DNA of 64,000 nt from the human T2T-CHM13v2.0 reference genome, Homo sapiens: NCBI GenBank assembly GCA_009914755.4, contig CP068257.2, positions 8,288,001 through 8,352,000 on the forward strand, read 5' to 3'. Shown here one piece after another: positions 1-14,414 of this stretch. Below the pieces are notes generated by a model. It did not search any database. It was given only the letters and a program-made list of their open reading frames with translations, and had not been told where the DNA came from. Numbering within the stretch: position 1 is the stretch's first letter; every line of letters begins with the position of its first letter. Position numbers and translations under genes: made by a program.

Positions 1-3000
1 ATGTTTCTGTGTAGTTTTTAGGTGAAGATATTTCCTTTTTCAAAACAGGCCTCAAAAGCCCCCAAATATCCACTTGCAGATTCTACAAAAAGATTGTTTC
101 AATACTGCTCAATCATAAGGCAGTTTCAACTGTGTGAGATGAATGAAGACATAACAAAGATTTTTCTCAGAATGCTTCTGTGAAGTTTTTATGTGAAGAT
201 ATTTGCTTTTCCACAGTAGGCCTCAAAGCCCTCTAAATATCCACTTGAAGATATTACAAAAACAGTGTTTCAAAACTGCTGAATCATAAAATAGGTTCAA
301 CTCTGTGATTTGAATGCACACATAGCAAAGAAGTTCCTCAGAATGCTTCTGGGTAGTTTTAATTTGAAGATATTTCCTTTTCCTCCATAGGCCACAAAGG
401 GCTCCAAATGTCCACTTGCAGATCCTGCAAAAAGAGGGAATCAAAACTGCTCAATGAAAAGATAGGTTCACCTCTGTGGGTTTAATGCACATATCACAAA
501 GTCGTTTCTCAGAATGCTTCTGTGTAGTTTTTATATGAAGATATTTCCTTTTTCACAATAGGCTGCATGGGTTCCAAATATACACTTGCATTTTCTACAA
601 AAAGAGTGTTTCAAAACTGCTCAATCATAAGATAGGTTGAACATTGTGAGATGAAAGCACACATCAGAAAGAAGTTTCTCAGAATGCTTCTGTGTAGTTC
701 TCATGTGAAGATATTTCCTTTTCCACCTTAGGCTGCAAAGGGCTCCAAATATCCGCTTGCAGATTCTATAAAAAGAGAGATTCAAAACTGATCAATAATA
801 AGATAGGTTCAACCCTGTGAGTCGTATGCACACATCAGAAAGAAGATTCTCAGAAGTCTTTTTTGTAGTTTTTATGTGAAGATATTTCCTTTTCCACAAT
901 ATGCATCAAAGCGCTCCAAATATCCAATTGCAGATTGTACAGAAAGAGTGTTTCAAAACTGCTCAATCAAAAGAAAGTTTAAACTTTGTGAGATGAAGGA
1001 ACACCTCGCAAAGAAGTTTCTCAGAATGCCTTTGTTTTATTTTAAGATATTTCCTTTTCCTCCATAGCCCGCAAAAGGCTCCAAATATCCCCTGGCAGAT
1101 TCTGCAAAAAGAGAGATTCAAAACTGCTAAATCAAAAGATAGCTTCAACTCTTCGAATTCAATGCACACATCAGAAAGAAGTTTCTCAGAATTCTTTGGT
1201 GTAGTTTTTATATGAAGATATTTCGTTTTCCATGATAGGCTGCAAAGGGTTCAAAATACTCACTTGCAGATTCTACAAAAACAGAGATTCAAAACTGCTC
1301 AATCAAAACATACGTTCAACTCTGTGTGTTGAATGCACACATTACAGAGAAGTTTCAAAGAATGCTTCTATGTAGTTTTTATGTGAAGATATATCCTTTT
1401 CCACAATAAGCCACAAAGGGCTCCAAATATCCACTTGCAGATTCTACAAAAACGGTGTTTCATAAAGCCCAATCATAAGATAGGTTCAACTCTGTGAGAT
1501 GAATTCACATATCACAAAGAAGTTTCTCAGAATGCTTCTGTGTAGTTTTTATTTGAAGATATTTCCTTTTCCACCATAGGCTGCAAGGGGTTCCAAATAT
1601 CCACTTGCAGATTCTACAAAAAGAGAGATTTAAAACTGCTCAATCAAAAGATAGTTTCAACTCTGTGTGTTAAATGCACACATCACAAAGAAGTTTCTAA
1701 GAAAGCTTCTGTGTAGTTTTTATATGAAGATATTTCTTTTTCCACCATAGGCCTAAAAGCACTCCAAATATTCACTTGCAGATTCTACAAAAAGAGTTTT
1801 TCAAAACTGCTCAATCAATAGAATGTTCAACCCTGTGAGATTAATGCACACATCAAAAAGAAGTTTCTCAAAATGCCTCTGTGAAGTTTTCATGTGAGGA
1901 TATTTGCTTTTCCACAGTCGGCCTCAAATCACTCCAAATATCCACTTTCAGATACTACAAAAACCGTGTTTCAAATCTGCTCCATCAAAAGAAAAGTTCA
2001 ACTCTGTGAGATGAATGCACACATCACAAAGAAGTTTCTCAGAATATTTCTGTGTAGTTTTTATGTGAAGATATCTTCTTTTCTAAAGTAGGCCTCAAAG
2101 CACTCCAAATATCCACCTGCAGATTCTACAAAAACAGTATTTCAAAACTAGTCAATCAAAATAAAGTTTCAACTCTGTGTGGTGAATGCATTCATCACAA
2201 AGAAGTTACTCAGAATGCGTCCATGTAATTTTTATGTGAGGATTATGCTTTTCCACAGTAGGCCTCAAAGCACTCCAAATAACCACTTGCAGATTCTACA
2301 AAAGTGTGTTTCAAATATCCTCAATAAAAAGAAAAATTCAAATCTGTGAGATGATTGCACACATCACAAAGAAGTTTCTCAGAATGGTTGTGTGTAGTTT
2401 TTATGTGAAGATATTTCCTTTTCCGCAGAAGGTCTCAGAGCTCTCCAAATATCCACTTGCGGATACTACAAAAACAATGTTTCAAAACTGCTCATTCGAA
2501 AGAAATTTTCAACACTTTGAGATGAATGCACACATCAAAAAAGAGTTTCTCAAAATGCTTCTGTGTAGTTTTTATTGGAAGAAATTTCCTTTTCCACCAT
2601 AGGCCAGAAGGGGCTCCAAATATCCACTTGCAGATTCTACAGAAAGAGAGATTCAAAACTGCCGAATCAAAAGACAAGTTCAACTCGGTGAGTTTAATGC
2701 ACACATCACAAAGAGGTTTCTCTGAATCCTTCTGCGTAGTTTTTATATGAATATATTTTCTTTTCCACTGTAGGCCTCAAAGCGCTCCAAATATCCACTG
2801 GTGGATTCTACAAAAAGATAGATTCAAAGCTGCTCAATCAAAAGAATGGTTCAACTCTGTGGTAAGATAGATTCTACTCTGTGAGACGAATGCACAATTT
2901 ACAAAGAAGTTTCTCAGAATGCTTCTGCGTAGTTTATATTTAAAGATAACTTCTTTTCCTAAAGAGCATCAAATATCCAATTGCAGATTCTACAAAAAGA

Positions 3001-6000
3001 GAGACTCAAATCTGCTCAGTCAAAAGAAAGGTTCAACTTTGTGAGATGAATGCACTCATCATGAAGAAGTTTCTCAGAATGCCTCTGTGTGGTTTCTTTC
3101 TGAAGATATTTGCTTTTCCACAGTAAGCCACAGAGCACTCCAAATATCCACTAGCAGATTCCACAAAAACAGTGTTTCAAAACCGCTCAGTCAAAAGAAA
3201 GATTCAACTCTTTGAGATGAATGCACACATCACAAAGAAGTTTCTCAGAATGCTTCTATGTGGTTTTTATGTGAAGATATTACCTTTTCCACAATAGTAC
3301 TCAAAGCCCTCCAAGTATCCACTTACAGATTCTACAAAGAGAGTGTTTCAAAACTGCTCAATCATAAGATAGGATCAACTCTGTGAGATGAATGCACAAA
3401 TCACAAAGAAGTTTCTCAGAATGCTTCTGTGTAGATTTATTTGAAGATATTTCATTTTCCTCCAAAGGTCACAAAGGGCTCCACATATCCACATGCAGAT
3501 TCTACAAAAACATAGATTCAAAACTGCTCAATCAAATGATAGGTTCAAGTATGTGAGTTGAATGTTCACATCAAAAGTAGTTTGTCAGAATGCTTCTGTG
3601 TATTTTTTATGTGAAGATATTTCCTTCTCCACAATAGGCCTCAAAGCCCTCCAAATATCTACTTGCAGATTCTAGAAAAAGAGTTTTTCATAAGTGCTCA
3701 ATCAAAAGAAAGTTTCAACTCCGTGAGCACACATCACAAAGAAGTTTCTCAGAATGCTTCTGTGTAGTTTTTATGTGAAGATATATGCTTTTCTACAGTA
3801 GGCCTCAAGTATCTCCAAATATCCACTTGTAGATACTACAAAAAGAGTGTTTCAAAACTGCTCAATCGAAAGAAAGTTTCAACTCTGTGAGATGAATGCA
3901 CACATCCCAAAAAAACTTCTCAGAATGTTTCTGTGTAGTTATTACGTGAAGATATTTCCTTTTCCATAACAGGCTTCAAAGCGCTGCATATATCCTTTAG
4001 CAGATTGTACAAAAAGAGTGTTTGAAAAGTTCTCAATGATAAGATAGGTTCAACTCTGTGAGAAGAATGCACACATCACTAAGAATTTTCTCAGAATGCT
4101 TCTGCGCAGTTTTTATTTGAAGATATTTCCTTTTTCACCATAGGCAGAAAAGGGCCCCAAGTATCCACTTGCAGATTCTGCAAAAGAGATATTCAAAACA
4201 GCTCAATCAAAAGATAGGTTCAACTCTGTGAGTTGAATGCACACATCTTAAATAATTTTCTCAGAATGCTTCTGTGTAGTCTTTATTAGAAAATATTTCC
4301 TTTTCCAAAATAAGCCTCAAATCCTCCAAATATCCACCTGCAAATTTTATGAAAAGAGTGTTTCGAAACTGCTCAATGATATGATAGTTTCAGTTCTGTG
4401 AGATGAGTTCACACATCACAAAGAGGTTTCTCACAATGCTGTCATATAGAGTTTATTTCAAGATATGTCCTTTTCCACCATAGGCCAATAAGGGCTCCAA
4501 ATATCCAGTTGAAGTTTCTACAGAAAGAGAGATTCAAAACTGCTCAATCAAAAGATTGGTTCAACTCTGTGAGTTGAAAGCACACATCACAAAATAATTT
4601 CTCAGAATGCTTCTGTGTAGTATTTATGTGAAGATATTACCTTTTCCAAAATAGGCCTCAAATCCCTCCAAATATGCACCTGCAGATTCTACAAAAAGAG
4701 CGTTTCAAATCTGCTCAATCAAAATAAATGTTAAAATCTGTGTGGTGAATGCACAGATCAAAAAGAACTCTCTCAGAATGCGTACGTGTAGTTTTTATGT
4801 GAAGATATTTCCTTTTCCACAATAGGCCTCAAAGCTGTCCAAATATCCACTTGCAGATTCTACGAAAACAGTGTGTCAAAACTGCTCAATATTAAGATAG
4901 GTTCAACTCTGTGAGATGAATTCACACATCAGAAAGAAGTTTCTCAGAATGCTTCTGTGCAGTTTTTATAGGTAGATATTTCCTTTTCCACAATAGGCCA
5001 TAAAGTGCTCCAAATATCCACTTCCACTTGCAGATTCTACAAAAAGAGTGTTTCAAAACTGCTCAATCAAAAGATAGGTTCAACACTGTGAGTTGAATGC
5101 ACACATCAAAAATGAGTTTCTCAGAATGCTTCTGTGTAGTGTTTATGTGAAGATATTTCCTTTTCCAAAATAGGCCCCAAAGCCCTCCAAATATCCACTT
5201 GCAGATTCTACATAAAAAGTGTTACAAAACTGTTCAATCTAAAGAAAGGTTCAACTCTGTGTGATGAATGCACTCATCAGAAAGAAGTTTCTCAGAATGC
5301 TTCTCTGTAGTTTTTATGTGAAGATATATCCTTTTCCACAATAGGCCTCAAAGATTTCCAAATATCCACTTTCAGATTCTACAAAATAGTGTTTCAAAAC
5401 TGCTCAATCATAGTATAGGTTCAACTCTGTGAAAATAATGCACTCATCTCAAAGAAGTTTCTCAGAATGCTTCTGTGTAGTTTTTATATGAAGATATTTC
5501 CTTTTCCACCATAGGCTGAAAAGGGCTCAAAACATCCTCTTGCAGATTCTACAAAAAGAGAAATTCAAAACTGCTCAATCAAAAGATAGTTTCAACTTAG
5601 TGAGTTTAATGCACACTTAACAAAGGTGTTTCTCAGAATTCTTCTGTGTAGTTTTTATTTAAAGATATTTCCTTTTCCACAATAGGCCTCAAAGTGCTCC
5701 AAATGTCCACTTGCAGATTCTACAAAAAGAGTGTTTCAAAACTACTCAATCAAACGAAAAGTTCAACTCTGTGAGATTAAAGCACACATCACAAAGAAGT
5801 TTCTCAAAATGCCTTTGTGTAGTTTTTTTGTGAAGATGTTTTCTTTTCCACATTAGACCTGAAAACAATCCAAATATCCACCTGCAGATTCCACAAAATC
5901 ATTGTTTCAAAATTTCTCAATCAAAAGAAATCTTCAACTCTGTGAGATGAATGCACACATCACAAAGTAATTTCTCACAATGGCTCTGTGTAGTTTTTTT

Positions 6001-9000
6001 GTGAAGACATTTTCTTTTCCACAGTAGATCTGAAAGTGCTCCAAATATCCACTTGCTGATTCTACAAAAACAGTGTTTCAAAATTACTCAGTCAAAAGAA
6101 AGTTTCGACTCTGTGAGATGAATTCACATATTACAAAGAAGTTTCTCAGAGTGTTTCTGTGTAGTTTTTATGTGAAGATATTTCCTTTCCAACAAAAGGC
6201 ATCAAAGCTCTCCAAGAATCCACTTGCAGATTCTAGAAAGAGAGTGTAACAAAACTGCTCATTCATAAGATATGTTCAACACCGTGAGATGAATGTACAC
6301 ATTACTGAAGTTTCTCAGAATTCTTCTGTGTAGTTTATATTTGAAGATATTTCCTTTTCCCCCATGGGCTGCAAGGGCTCCAAATATACACTTTCAGATT
6401 CTACAAAAAGAGAGATTCAAAACTGCTCAATCAAAAGATAGGTTCAACTGTGTGAGTTGAATGCACATCACAAAGTAGTTTCTCAGAATGCCTCTGTGTA
6501 GTTTTTATGTGAAAATATTTTCTTTTTCAGAGTAAGCCTCAATTGCTCCAAATATCCACTTGCAGATGCTACAAAAACACTGTTTCAAAACTGCTCAATC
6601 AAAAGAAATGTTCAACTCTGTGAGAGGAATGCACATATCACAGGGAAGTTTCCCAGAAAGCTTCTGTTTAGTTTTTATGTGAAGATATTTCCTTTTCCAC
6701 AGTAGGCCTCATAATGCTCCAAGTATCCACTTACAGATTCTACAAAGAGAGTGTTTCAAAACTGCTCAATCAAAACATAAGTTCAACTCTGTGAGATGAA
6801 TGCACAGATCATGAAGAAGTTTCTCTGAATGCTTCTGTGTACCTTTTCTTTGAAGATATTTCCTTTTTATTCATAGGCCAGAAAGGCACCAAATATCCAG
6901 TTGCAGATTCTATGAAGAGAGATTCAATATTGCTCAATGAAAAGATAGGTTCAACTATGTGAGTTGAATGCACACATCACGAAGAAGTTTCTCAGAATGC
7001 CTCAGTGTAGTTCTTATGTGAAGATATTTGTTTTTCCACAGTAGGCCTCAAAGCACTCCGAATATCCACTTGCAGATTCTACGAAAACAGCGTTTCAAAA
7101 TTGCTCAATCAAAAGAAAATTTCAACACTGTGAGATGAATGCACACATCACAAAGTAGTTTCTCACAATTCCTCCGTGTAGAGTTTATTTAAAGATATTC
7201 CCTTTTCCACCATAGGCCAATAAGGTCTCTAAATATCCGGTTGAAGATTCTACGAAAACATTCAAAGCTGATCCATCAAGAGATTGGTTAAACTCTGTGA
7301 GCTGAATACACATATCACAAAGATGTTTCTCAGAATGCTTCTGTGTAGTCTTTATGTAAAAATATTTCCTTTTCCAAAATAGGCCTCAAAGCCCTGCAAG
7401 TATCCACCTGCAGATTCTACAAAAAGAGCGTTTCAAATCTGCTCAATCAAAAAAATGTTAAAATCTGTGTAATGAATGTACACATCATAAAGAAGTTTCT
7501 CAGAATGCCTACGTGTAGTTTTTATGTGAAGATATTTCCTTTTCCCCAATAGGCCTCAAAGCTGTCCAAATATCCACTTGCAGATTCTACAAAAAGAGTG
7601 TTTGAAAACTGCTCTATCAAAAGATAGTTTCAAAACTGCGAGTTGAATGTACATATCACAAAGAAGTTTCTCAGAATGTGTCTGTGTAGTTTTGATGTGA
7701 AGATATTTCCTTTTCCAAAATAGGCCTCAAAGTCCTCCAAATATCGACTTGCAGTTTCTACATAAAGAGTGTTACAAAACTGTTCAATCAAAAGGAAAGG
7801 TTCAACTCTGTGTGATGAATGCACTCATAACAAAAAGTTTCTCAGAATGCTTCTGTGTAGTTTTTATATGAAGTTATTTCCTTTTCCACAATATACCTAA
7901 AAGTGCTCCAAATATAAACTTGCAGATTCTACAAAAAGAGTGACTCAAAACTGTTCAATCAAAAGATAGGTTCAACTCTGAGTTGAATGCACACATCACA
8001 AAAAGTTTCTCAGAATGCTTCTGTGTAGTTGTTATGTGAAGATATTTCCTTTTCCACACTAGGTCTCAAAGCTCTCTAAATATCCACTTGCAGATTCTGC
8101 AATAAGAGAGATTCAGAACTGCTCCATCAAAATATAGGCTCAATTCTGTGAGTTGAATGCACATATCACAAAGATGTTTCTCAGAATTCTTTTGTGTAGT
8201 TTTTATGTGAAGATATTTCCTTTTCCGCAATTGGCCTCAAAGGTCTCCCAATATCCACTTGAACATACTTCAAAAAGAGAGATTCAAAACTGATCAATCA
8301 AAAGATAGGTTCGAGTCCATGAGTTGCATGAACGCCTCAAAAGGAAGTTTCTGAGAATGCTTCTGTGTAGTTTTTATGTGAAGATATTTGCTTTTCCTCA
8401 ATAGGCCTCAAAGCGCTCCAAATATCCACTTGCAGATTCTGCAAAAAGAGAGATTCAAAACTGCTCAATCAAAAGATAAGTTCAACTCTGTTTGTTGAAT
8501 GCACACATAAATAAGAAGTTTCTCAGAATGCTTCTGTGTAGTTTTTATGTGAAGATATTTCCTTTTCCAAAAGAGGCCTCAAAGCCCTAAAAATATCCAC
8601 TTCCAGATTCTACAAAAAGAGTGTTTCAAAACTGCTCAATCAAAAGATAAGTTCAACTCTGTTTGTTGAATGCACACATAAATAAGAAGTTTCTCAGAAT
8701 GCTTCTGTGTAGTTTTTATGTGAAGATATTTCCTTTTCCAAAAGAGGCCTCAAAGCCCTAAAAATATCCACTTCCAGATTCTACAAAAAGAGTGTTTCAA
8801 AACTGCTCAATCAAAAGAAAAGTTCAACTCTGTGTGATGAATGCACTCATCACAAAGAAGTTTCTCTGAATCCTTCTGTATAGTTTGTATTTGAAGATAT
8901 TTCCTTTTCCACCTTAGGGCGCAAGGGGCTCCAAATATCCCCTTGCAGATTCTACAGAAAGAGAGATTAAAAACTTCTCAATCAAAAGATAGGTTCAACA

Positions 9001-9350
9001 CTGTGAGTTAAATGTACTCATCACAACGAAGTTTCTCAGAATGCTTCTGTGTAGTTTTTATATGAAGATATTTCCGTTTCCACAATAGGACTCAAATCGC
9101 TCCAAATATCCACTTGCAGATTCTACAAAAGCAGTGTATCAAAACTGCTCAATCAAAAGAAAGGATCAACTCTGTGAGATGAATGCATACATCACAAAGT
9201 TTCTCAGAATGCTTCTGTGTAGTTTTTGTGTGAACATATTTCCTTTTCCACAATAGGCCTCAAAGTTCTCCAAATACCCACTTGCAGATTCTACAAAGAG
9301 TGTTTCAAAACTGCTCTATCAAAAGAAATGTTTAACTCTGTGACATGAAT
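1..9350 (-). repeat. Alpha satellite, minus orientation, class X, mostly monomeric and divergent (about 55 monomers)
   Basis: Continuous ~171-bp periodicity. It is the reverse complement of the alpha consensus: ccacttgcagattctacaaaaagagtgtttcaaaactgctcaatcaaaag...cacacatcacaaagaagtttctcagaatgcttctgtgtagtttttatgtgaagatatttccttttccac. Class X markers are ctgtgtag and aaatatccac. Monomers are ~80-90% identical to each other. The X-to-Y boundary near 9330-9560 is fuzzy. Confidence 0.95.
8461..8802 (-). repeat. Exact tandem duplication of one 171-bp monomer
   Basis: 8461-8631 and 8632-8802 are identical by eye: ctgctcaatcaaaagataagttcaactctgtttgttgaatgcacacataaataagaagtttctcagaatgcttctgtgtagtttttatgtgaagatatttccttttccaaaagaggcctcaaagccctaaaaatatccacttccagattctacaaaaagagtgtttcaaaa. 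Neighbouring monomers differ from these at more than 10% of positions. Confidence 0.9.
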
Positions 9351-11189
9351 GCACACATCACAAAGAATTTTCTCAGATTGCTTCTGCCTAGATTTTATAT
9401 GAAGATATTTCCTTTTCTAAAATAGGCCACAAAGCACTCCAAATATCCACTTGCAGATTCTACATAAAGAGTATTTCCAAACTGCTGAATCAAAAGAAAA
9501 GTTCAACTCTGTGAGATGAACGAACGCATCACAAAGCGTTTCTCAGAGTTCTTCTGTCTAGTTTTTATGTGAAGATATTTCCTTTTCCACCATAGGCCTG
9601 AAAGCGCTCCAAATGTCCACTTGCAAATTCTACAAAAAGAGAGTTTCAAAACTGCTTAAAAAAAGAATGTTCAAACTCCTTGAGATGAATGCACACATCA
9701 CAAAGAAGTTTCTCAGATTGCTTCTGTCTAGATTTTATGTGAAGACATTTCCTTTTCTACTATAGGCCGCAAAGCACTCCAAATGTCCACTTGCAGATTC
9801 TACAAAAAGAATGTTTCCAAACTGCTCAATCAAAAGAAAGGTTCTACACTGTAAGATGAATGAACACATCTCAAAGAAGTTTATCAGAATTCTTCTGTCT
9901 AGTTTTTATGTGAAGATATTCCCTTTTCCACCATAGTCTTCAAAGCACTCCAAATGTCCAGTTGTAGATTCTGCAAAAAGAGTTTCAAAACTGCTCAATC
10001 AAAAGAAAGGTTTAACTCTGTGAGATGAATGCACACATCACAAAGAAGATTTTCAGATTCCTTCTGTCTGGATTTTATGTGAAGATATTTCCTATTCTAC
10101 CAATGGAAATAAAGTGCTCCAAATGTGCACGTGCAGATTCTACAAAACGAGTGTTTCCAAACTGCTCAATCAAAAGAGAGGTACAACTCCGTGAGGTGAA
10201 CACACACATCACAGAGAAGTTTGTCATAATTCTTCTGTGTAGTTTTAAACTGAAGATATTTCCTTTTCCACCATAGGCCTCAAAACACTCCAAATGTCCT
10301 ATTGTAGAATCTACAAAAATAGAGTTTCAAAACTGCTCAATCAAACTAAAGGTTCAACTCTCTGAAATGAACGCATTCATCACAAAGAAGTTTCTCAGAA
10401 TTCTTCTGTCTAGTTTCTATGTGAAGATATTTGCTTTTACACCATAGGACTCAAAGCACTCCAAATGTCCACTTGAAGATTCCACGAAAAGAGTGTTTCC
10501 AAAATACTGAATCAAATGAGACGTTCAACTCTGTGAGATGAACGCACACATCATAAAGAAGTTTCTCAGAATTCTTCTGTCTAGTTTTTATGTGAAGATA
10601 CTTCCTTTTCTTCCATAGGAATCAAAGGGCTTCAAATGTCCCTTTGCAAATACTACAAATAGAGAGTTTCAAAACTGTGCAATCAACAGAAAGGTTTAAT
10701 TCTGTAAGACTAATGTACACATCATGAAGAAGTTTCTCAGATTGCTTCTTTCTAGATTTTATGTGAAGATATTTCCTTTTCTACCATAGGCTGCAAAGCG
10801 CTCCAATTGCAGATTCTACAAAAAAAGAGTTTCAACACAGTTCTATAAAAAGAAAGCTTTAAATCTATGAGATGAATGCATACATCACAATGAAGTTTCT
10901 CAGATTCCTTGTGTCTAGATTTTATGTGAAGATATTTCCTTTTCTGTGATAGGCCTCAAAGCACTCCAAATGTCCACTTTCATATTCTACAAAAAGAGGG
11001 TTTCCAAACTGCTCAATCTAAAGAAAGGTTCAACTCTGTGAGATGAACGCACACATCACAAAGAAGTCTGTCAGAATTCTCCTGTCTAGTTTTTATTTGA
11101 AGATAGTACCTTTTCCAGCATAGGCCTCAAAGCGATCTAAATGTCCACTTGCAGATTCTACAAAAACAGAGTTTCAAAACTGCTCAATC

Positions 11190-11560
11190 AAAAGAAAGTT
11201 TCAACTCTGTGAGATGAACGCACACATCACAAAGTAGTTTCTCAGAATGTTTCTATCTAGTTTTTATGTGAAGATATTTCCTTTTCCACCATAGGTCTCA
11301 AAGCGCTCCAAATGTTCACCTGCAGATTCTACAAAAAGAGTGTTTCTAAAATGCTCAATCCAAAGAAAGGTTCAAATATGTGAGATGAACGCACACATCA
11401 CAAACAAGTTTCTCAGAATGCTTCTAGATAGTTTTTATATGAAGATATTTCCTTTTCTACCATAGGACACAAAGTGCTCTGAATGTCCACCTGAAGATTC
11501 TACAAAAACAGTGTTTCCAAACTGCTCAATCAAAAGAAAGTTTCAACTCTGTGAGATGAA
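11190..11560 (-). repeat. Dispersed duplicate (about 370 bp, 2.2 monomers), copy A
   Basis: ctgctcaatcaaaagaaagtttcaactctgtgagatgaacgcacacatcacaaagtagtttctcagaatgtttctatctagtttttatgtgaagatatttccttttccaccataggtctcaaagcgctccaaatgttcacctgcagattctacaaaaagagtgtttctaaaatgctcaatccaaagaaaggttcaaatatgtgagatgaacgcacacatcacaaacaag... is near-identical to 14415-14790. Confidence 0.85.
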
Positions 11561-14414
11561 AGTACAAATCACAAAGAAGTTTCACAGAATTCTTCTATCT
11601 ACCTTTTATGGGAAGATATTTCCTTTTCCACCATAGGCCTCAAAGCACTCAAAATGTCCACTTGCAGATTCTACGAAAAGAGAGTTTCAAAATTGCTCAA
11701 TCAAAAGTAAGTTTTAACTCTGTGAGGTGAATGCACACATAACAAAGAAGTTTATCAGATTGCTTCTGTATAGATTTTATTTGAACATATTTCCTTTTCT
11801 ACCCTAAAGCACTCCAAATGTCCACTTGCAGGTTCTACAAAAAGAGTCTTTCCAAAATGCTCAATCAAAAGAAAGGTTCAACTCTGTGAGAGGAATACAC
11901 GCATCACAAAGAAGTTTCTCAGAATTCTTCTGTCTAGTTTTTATGTGTAGATATTTCCTTTTGTACCATAGGACTCAAAGGGCTCCAGTGGTCCCCATGC
12001 AGATTCTGCAAAAAAAGAGTTTCAAACTTCTCAATAAAAAGAAAGGTTTAACTCTGAGAGATGAATGCACACATCGCAAAGAAGTTTCTCAGACTCTTTC
12101 TCTCTAGATTTTATGTGAAGATATTTCCTTTTCTGCCATAGGCCACAAAGTGCTGCAAATGTTGTTTCAGATTTTACAAAAAGAATGTTTCCATACTGCT
12201 CAATCAAAAGAAAGGTTCAACTCTGTGAGATGAATGCACACAACACAAAGACATTTCTCAGAATTTTTCTGTCTAGTTTTTATGTGAAGATATTTCCTTT
12301 TGCACCATAGGCCTCAAAGCGCTCCAAATGTCCACTTGCAGATTCTACAAAAAGAGAGTTTCAAAACTGCTCAATCAAAAGCAAGTGTTAACTCTGTGAG
12401 ATGAATGCACACATAAAAAAGAAGTTTCTCAGATTACTTCTGTCTAGATTTTATGTGAAGATATTTCATTTTCTACCATAGGCTGCAAAGCGCTCCAATA
12501 TCCACTTGCAGATTCTTCAAAAAGAGATTTGCAAAACTGTTCAATCAAAAGAAAGTGTTAACTCTGTGAGATTAATGCACACATCACAAAAAAGTTTCTC
12601 AGATTGCTTCTGTCTAGATTTTATGTGAAGATATTTCCTTTTCTACCATAGGCTGCAAAGCACTCCAAATGCCCTCTTGCAGATTCTACAAAAAAAGTGT
12701 TTCCAAACTTCTTAATCAAAAGAAATGTTCAACTCTGTAAGATGAACGCACTCTTCACAAAGAAGTTTCTCAGAATTCTTCTGTCTAGTTTTCATGTGAA
12801 AATACTTCCTTTTCCACCATAGGGCTCAAGGCGCTTGAAATGTCCACTTGCGGGTTCTACAAAAAGCATATTTCAAAACTCGTCTTTCAAAAGAAAGGTT
12901 CAACTCTAGGAGATGAAAAAACACATTGCAAAGAAGTTTTTCAGAATGTTCCTATCTAGTATTTATGTGAAGATATTTCCTTTTCCACCATAGGCATCAA
13001 AGTGCTCCAAATGTCCACTTGCAACTTCTACTAAAGGAGGGTTTCAAGACTACTCAATCAAAAGAATGTTTTAACTCTGTGAGATGAATGCACACATCAT
13101 AAAGAAGTATCTCAGATTGTTTCTTTCTAGATTTTATGTGAAAATATTTCCTTTTCTAACTTAGGCCGTAAAGTCCTCCAAATGTCCACTTGCAGATTCT
13201 ACAAAAAGAGTGTTTCCAAACGGCTCAATCAAAAGAAACATTCACCTCTGTGAGATGAACACACACATCACAAAGATGTTTCTCAGAGTTCTTCTATCTA
13301 GTTTTTATGTGAAGATATTTCCTTTTCCACCATTGTCCTCAAAGCACTCCAAATGTCCACTTGCAGACTCTACAAAAAGAGAGTTTCAAAATTGCTCAAT
13401 CAAATCAAAGGTTTAACTCTGTGAGATGAATGCTCACATCACAAAGAAGTTTCTCAGATTGCTTCGGTCTAGATTTTATGTGAGAATATTTCCTTGTCTA
13501 CCATAGTCCGCAGAGAGCACAAAAAGTCCTCTTGCAGATTCTACTAAAAGAGTCTTTCCAAACTGTTCAACCAAAGGAAAGGTTAAACTATGTGAGATGA
13601 ATGCTCACATCACTAAGAAGTTTCTAAGATTGCTTCTGTCTAGATTTTATGTGAAGATATTTCTTTTTCTACCAAAGGCGGCAAAGTGCACAAAATAGCC
13701 ACTTGCAGATTCTGCAAAAAGAGTGTTTCAAAACTGCTCAATCAAAAGAAAGGTTCAGCTCCGTGAGAAGAACGCACACATCACAATGTAGATCCACAAA
13801 ATTCTTCTGTCTGGTTTTTATATAAACATATTTTGTTTTCCACCATAGGCTTCAAAGCGTTCCAAATGTCCACTTGCAGACTCGACAAAAAGAGAGATTC
13901 AAAACTGCTCAATCAAATAAAGGTTTAATTTTGGGAGATGCATGCACACATCACAAAGAAGTTTCTCAGATTGCTTCTGTCTACAATTTAGGTGAAGATA
14001 TTTCCTTTTTTACCAGAGGAAGCAAAGCGTTCCAAATGTCCACTTGCAGATTCTACAAAAAAGAGTGTTTCCAAACTGCTCAATCAAAAGAAAGGTTCAA
14101 TTCTGTGAGATGAATGCACACATCACAATGAAGTTTCTCAGAATTCTTCTGTCTAGTTTTTATGTGAAGATATTTCCTTTTCCACCATAGACCTCAAACC
14201 GCTCCAAGTGTCCACTTGCACATTCTACAAAAAGAGAGTTTCAAAACTGCCCTATCAAAAAAGAGGTTTAACTCTGTGAGATGAATGCACATAGCACAAA
14301 GTAGTTTCTCAGATTGCTTCTGTCTAGATTTTAAGTGAAGATGTTTCCTTTTTTACCATAGGCAGAAAAGCGTCCCAAATGTCCACTTGCAGATTGTACA
14401 AGAAGACTGCTCAA

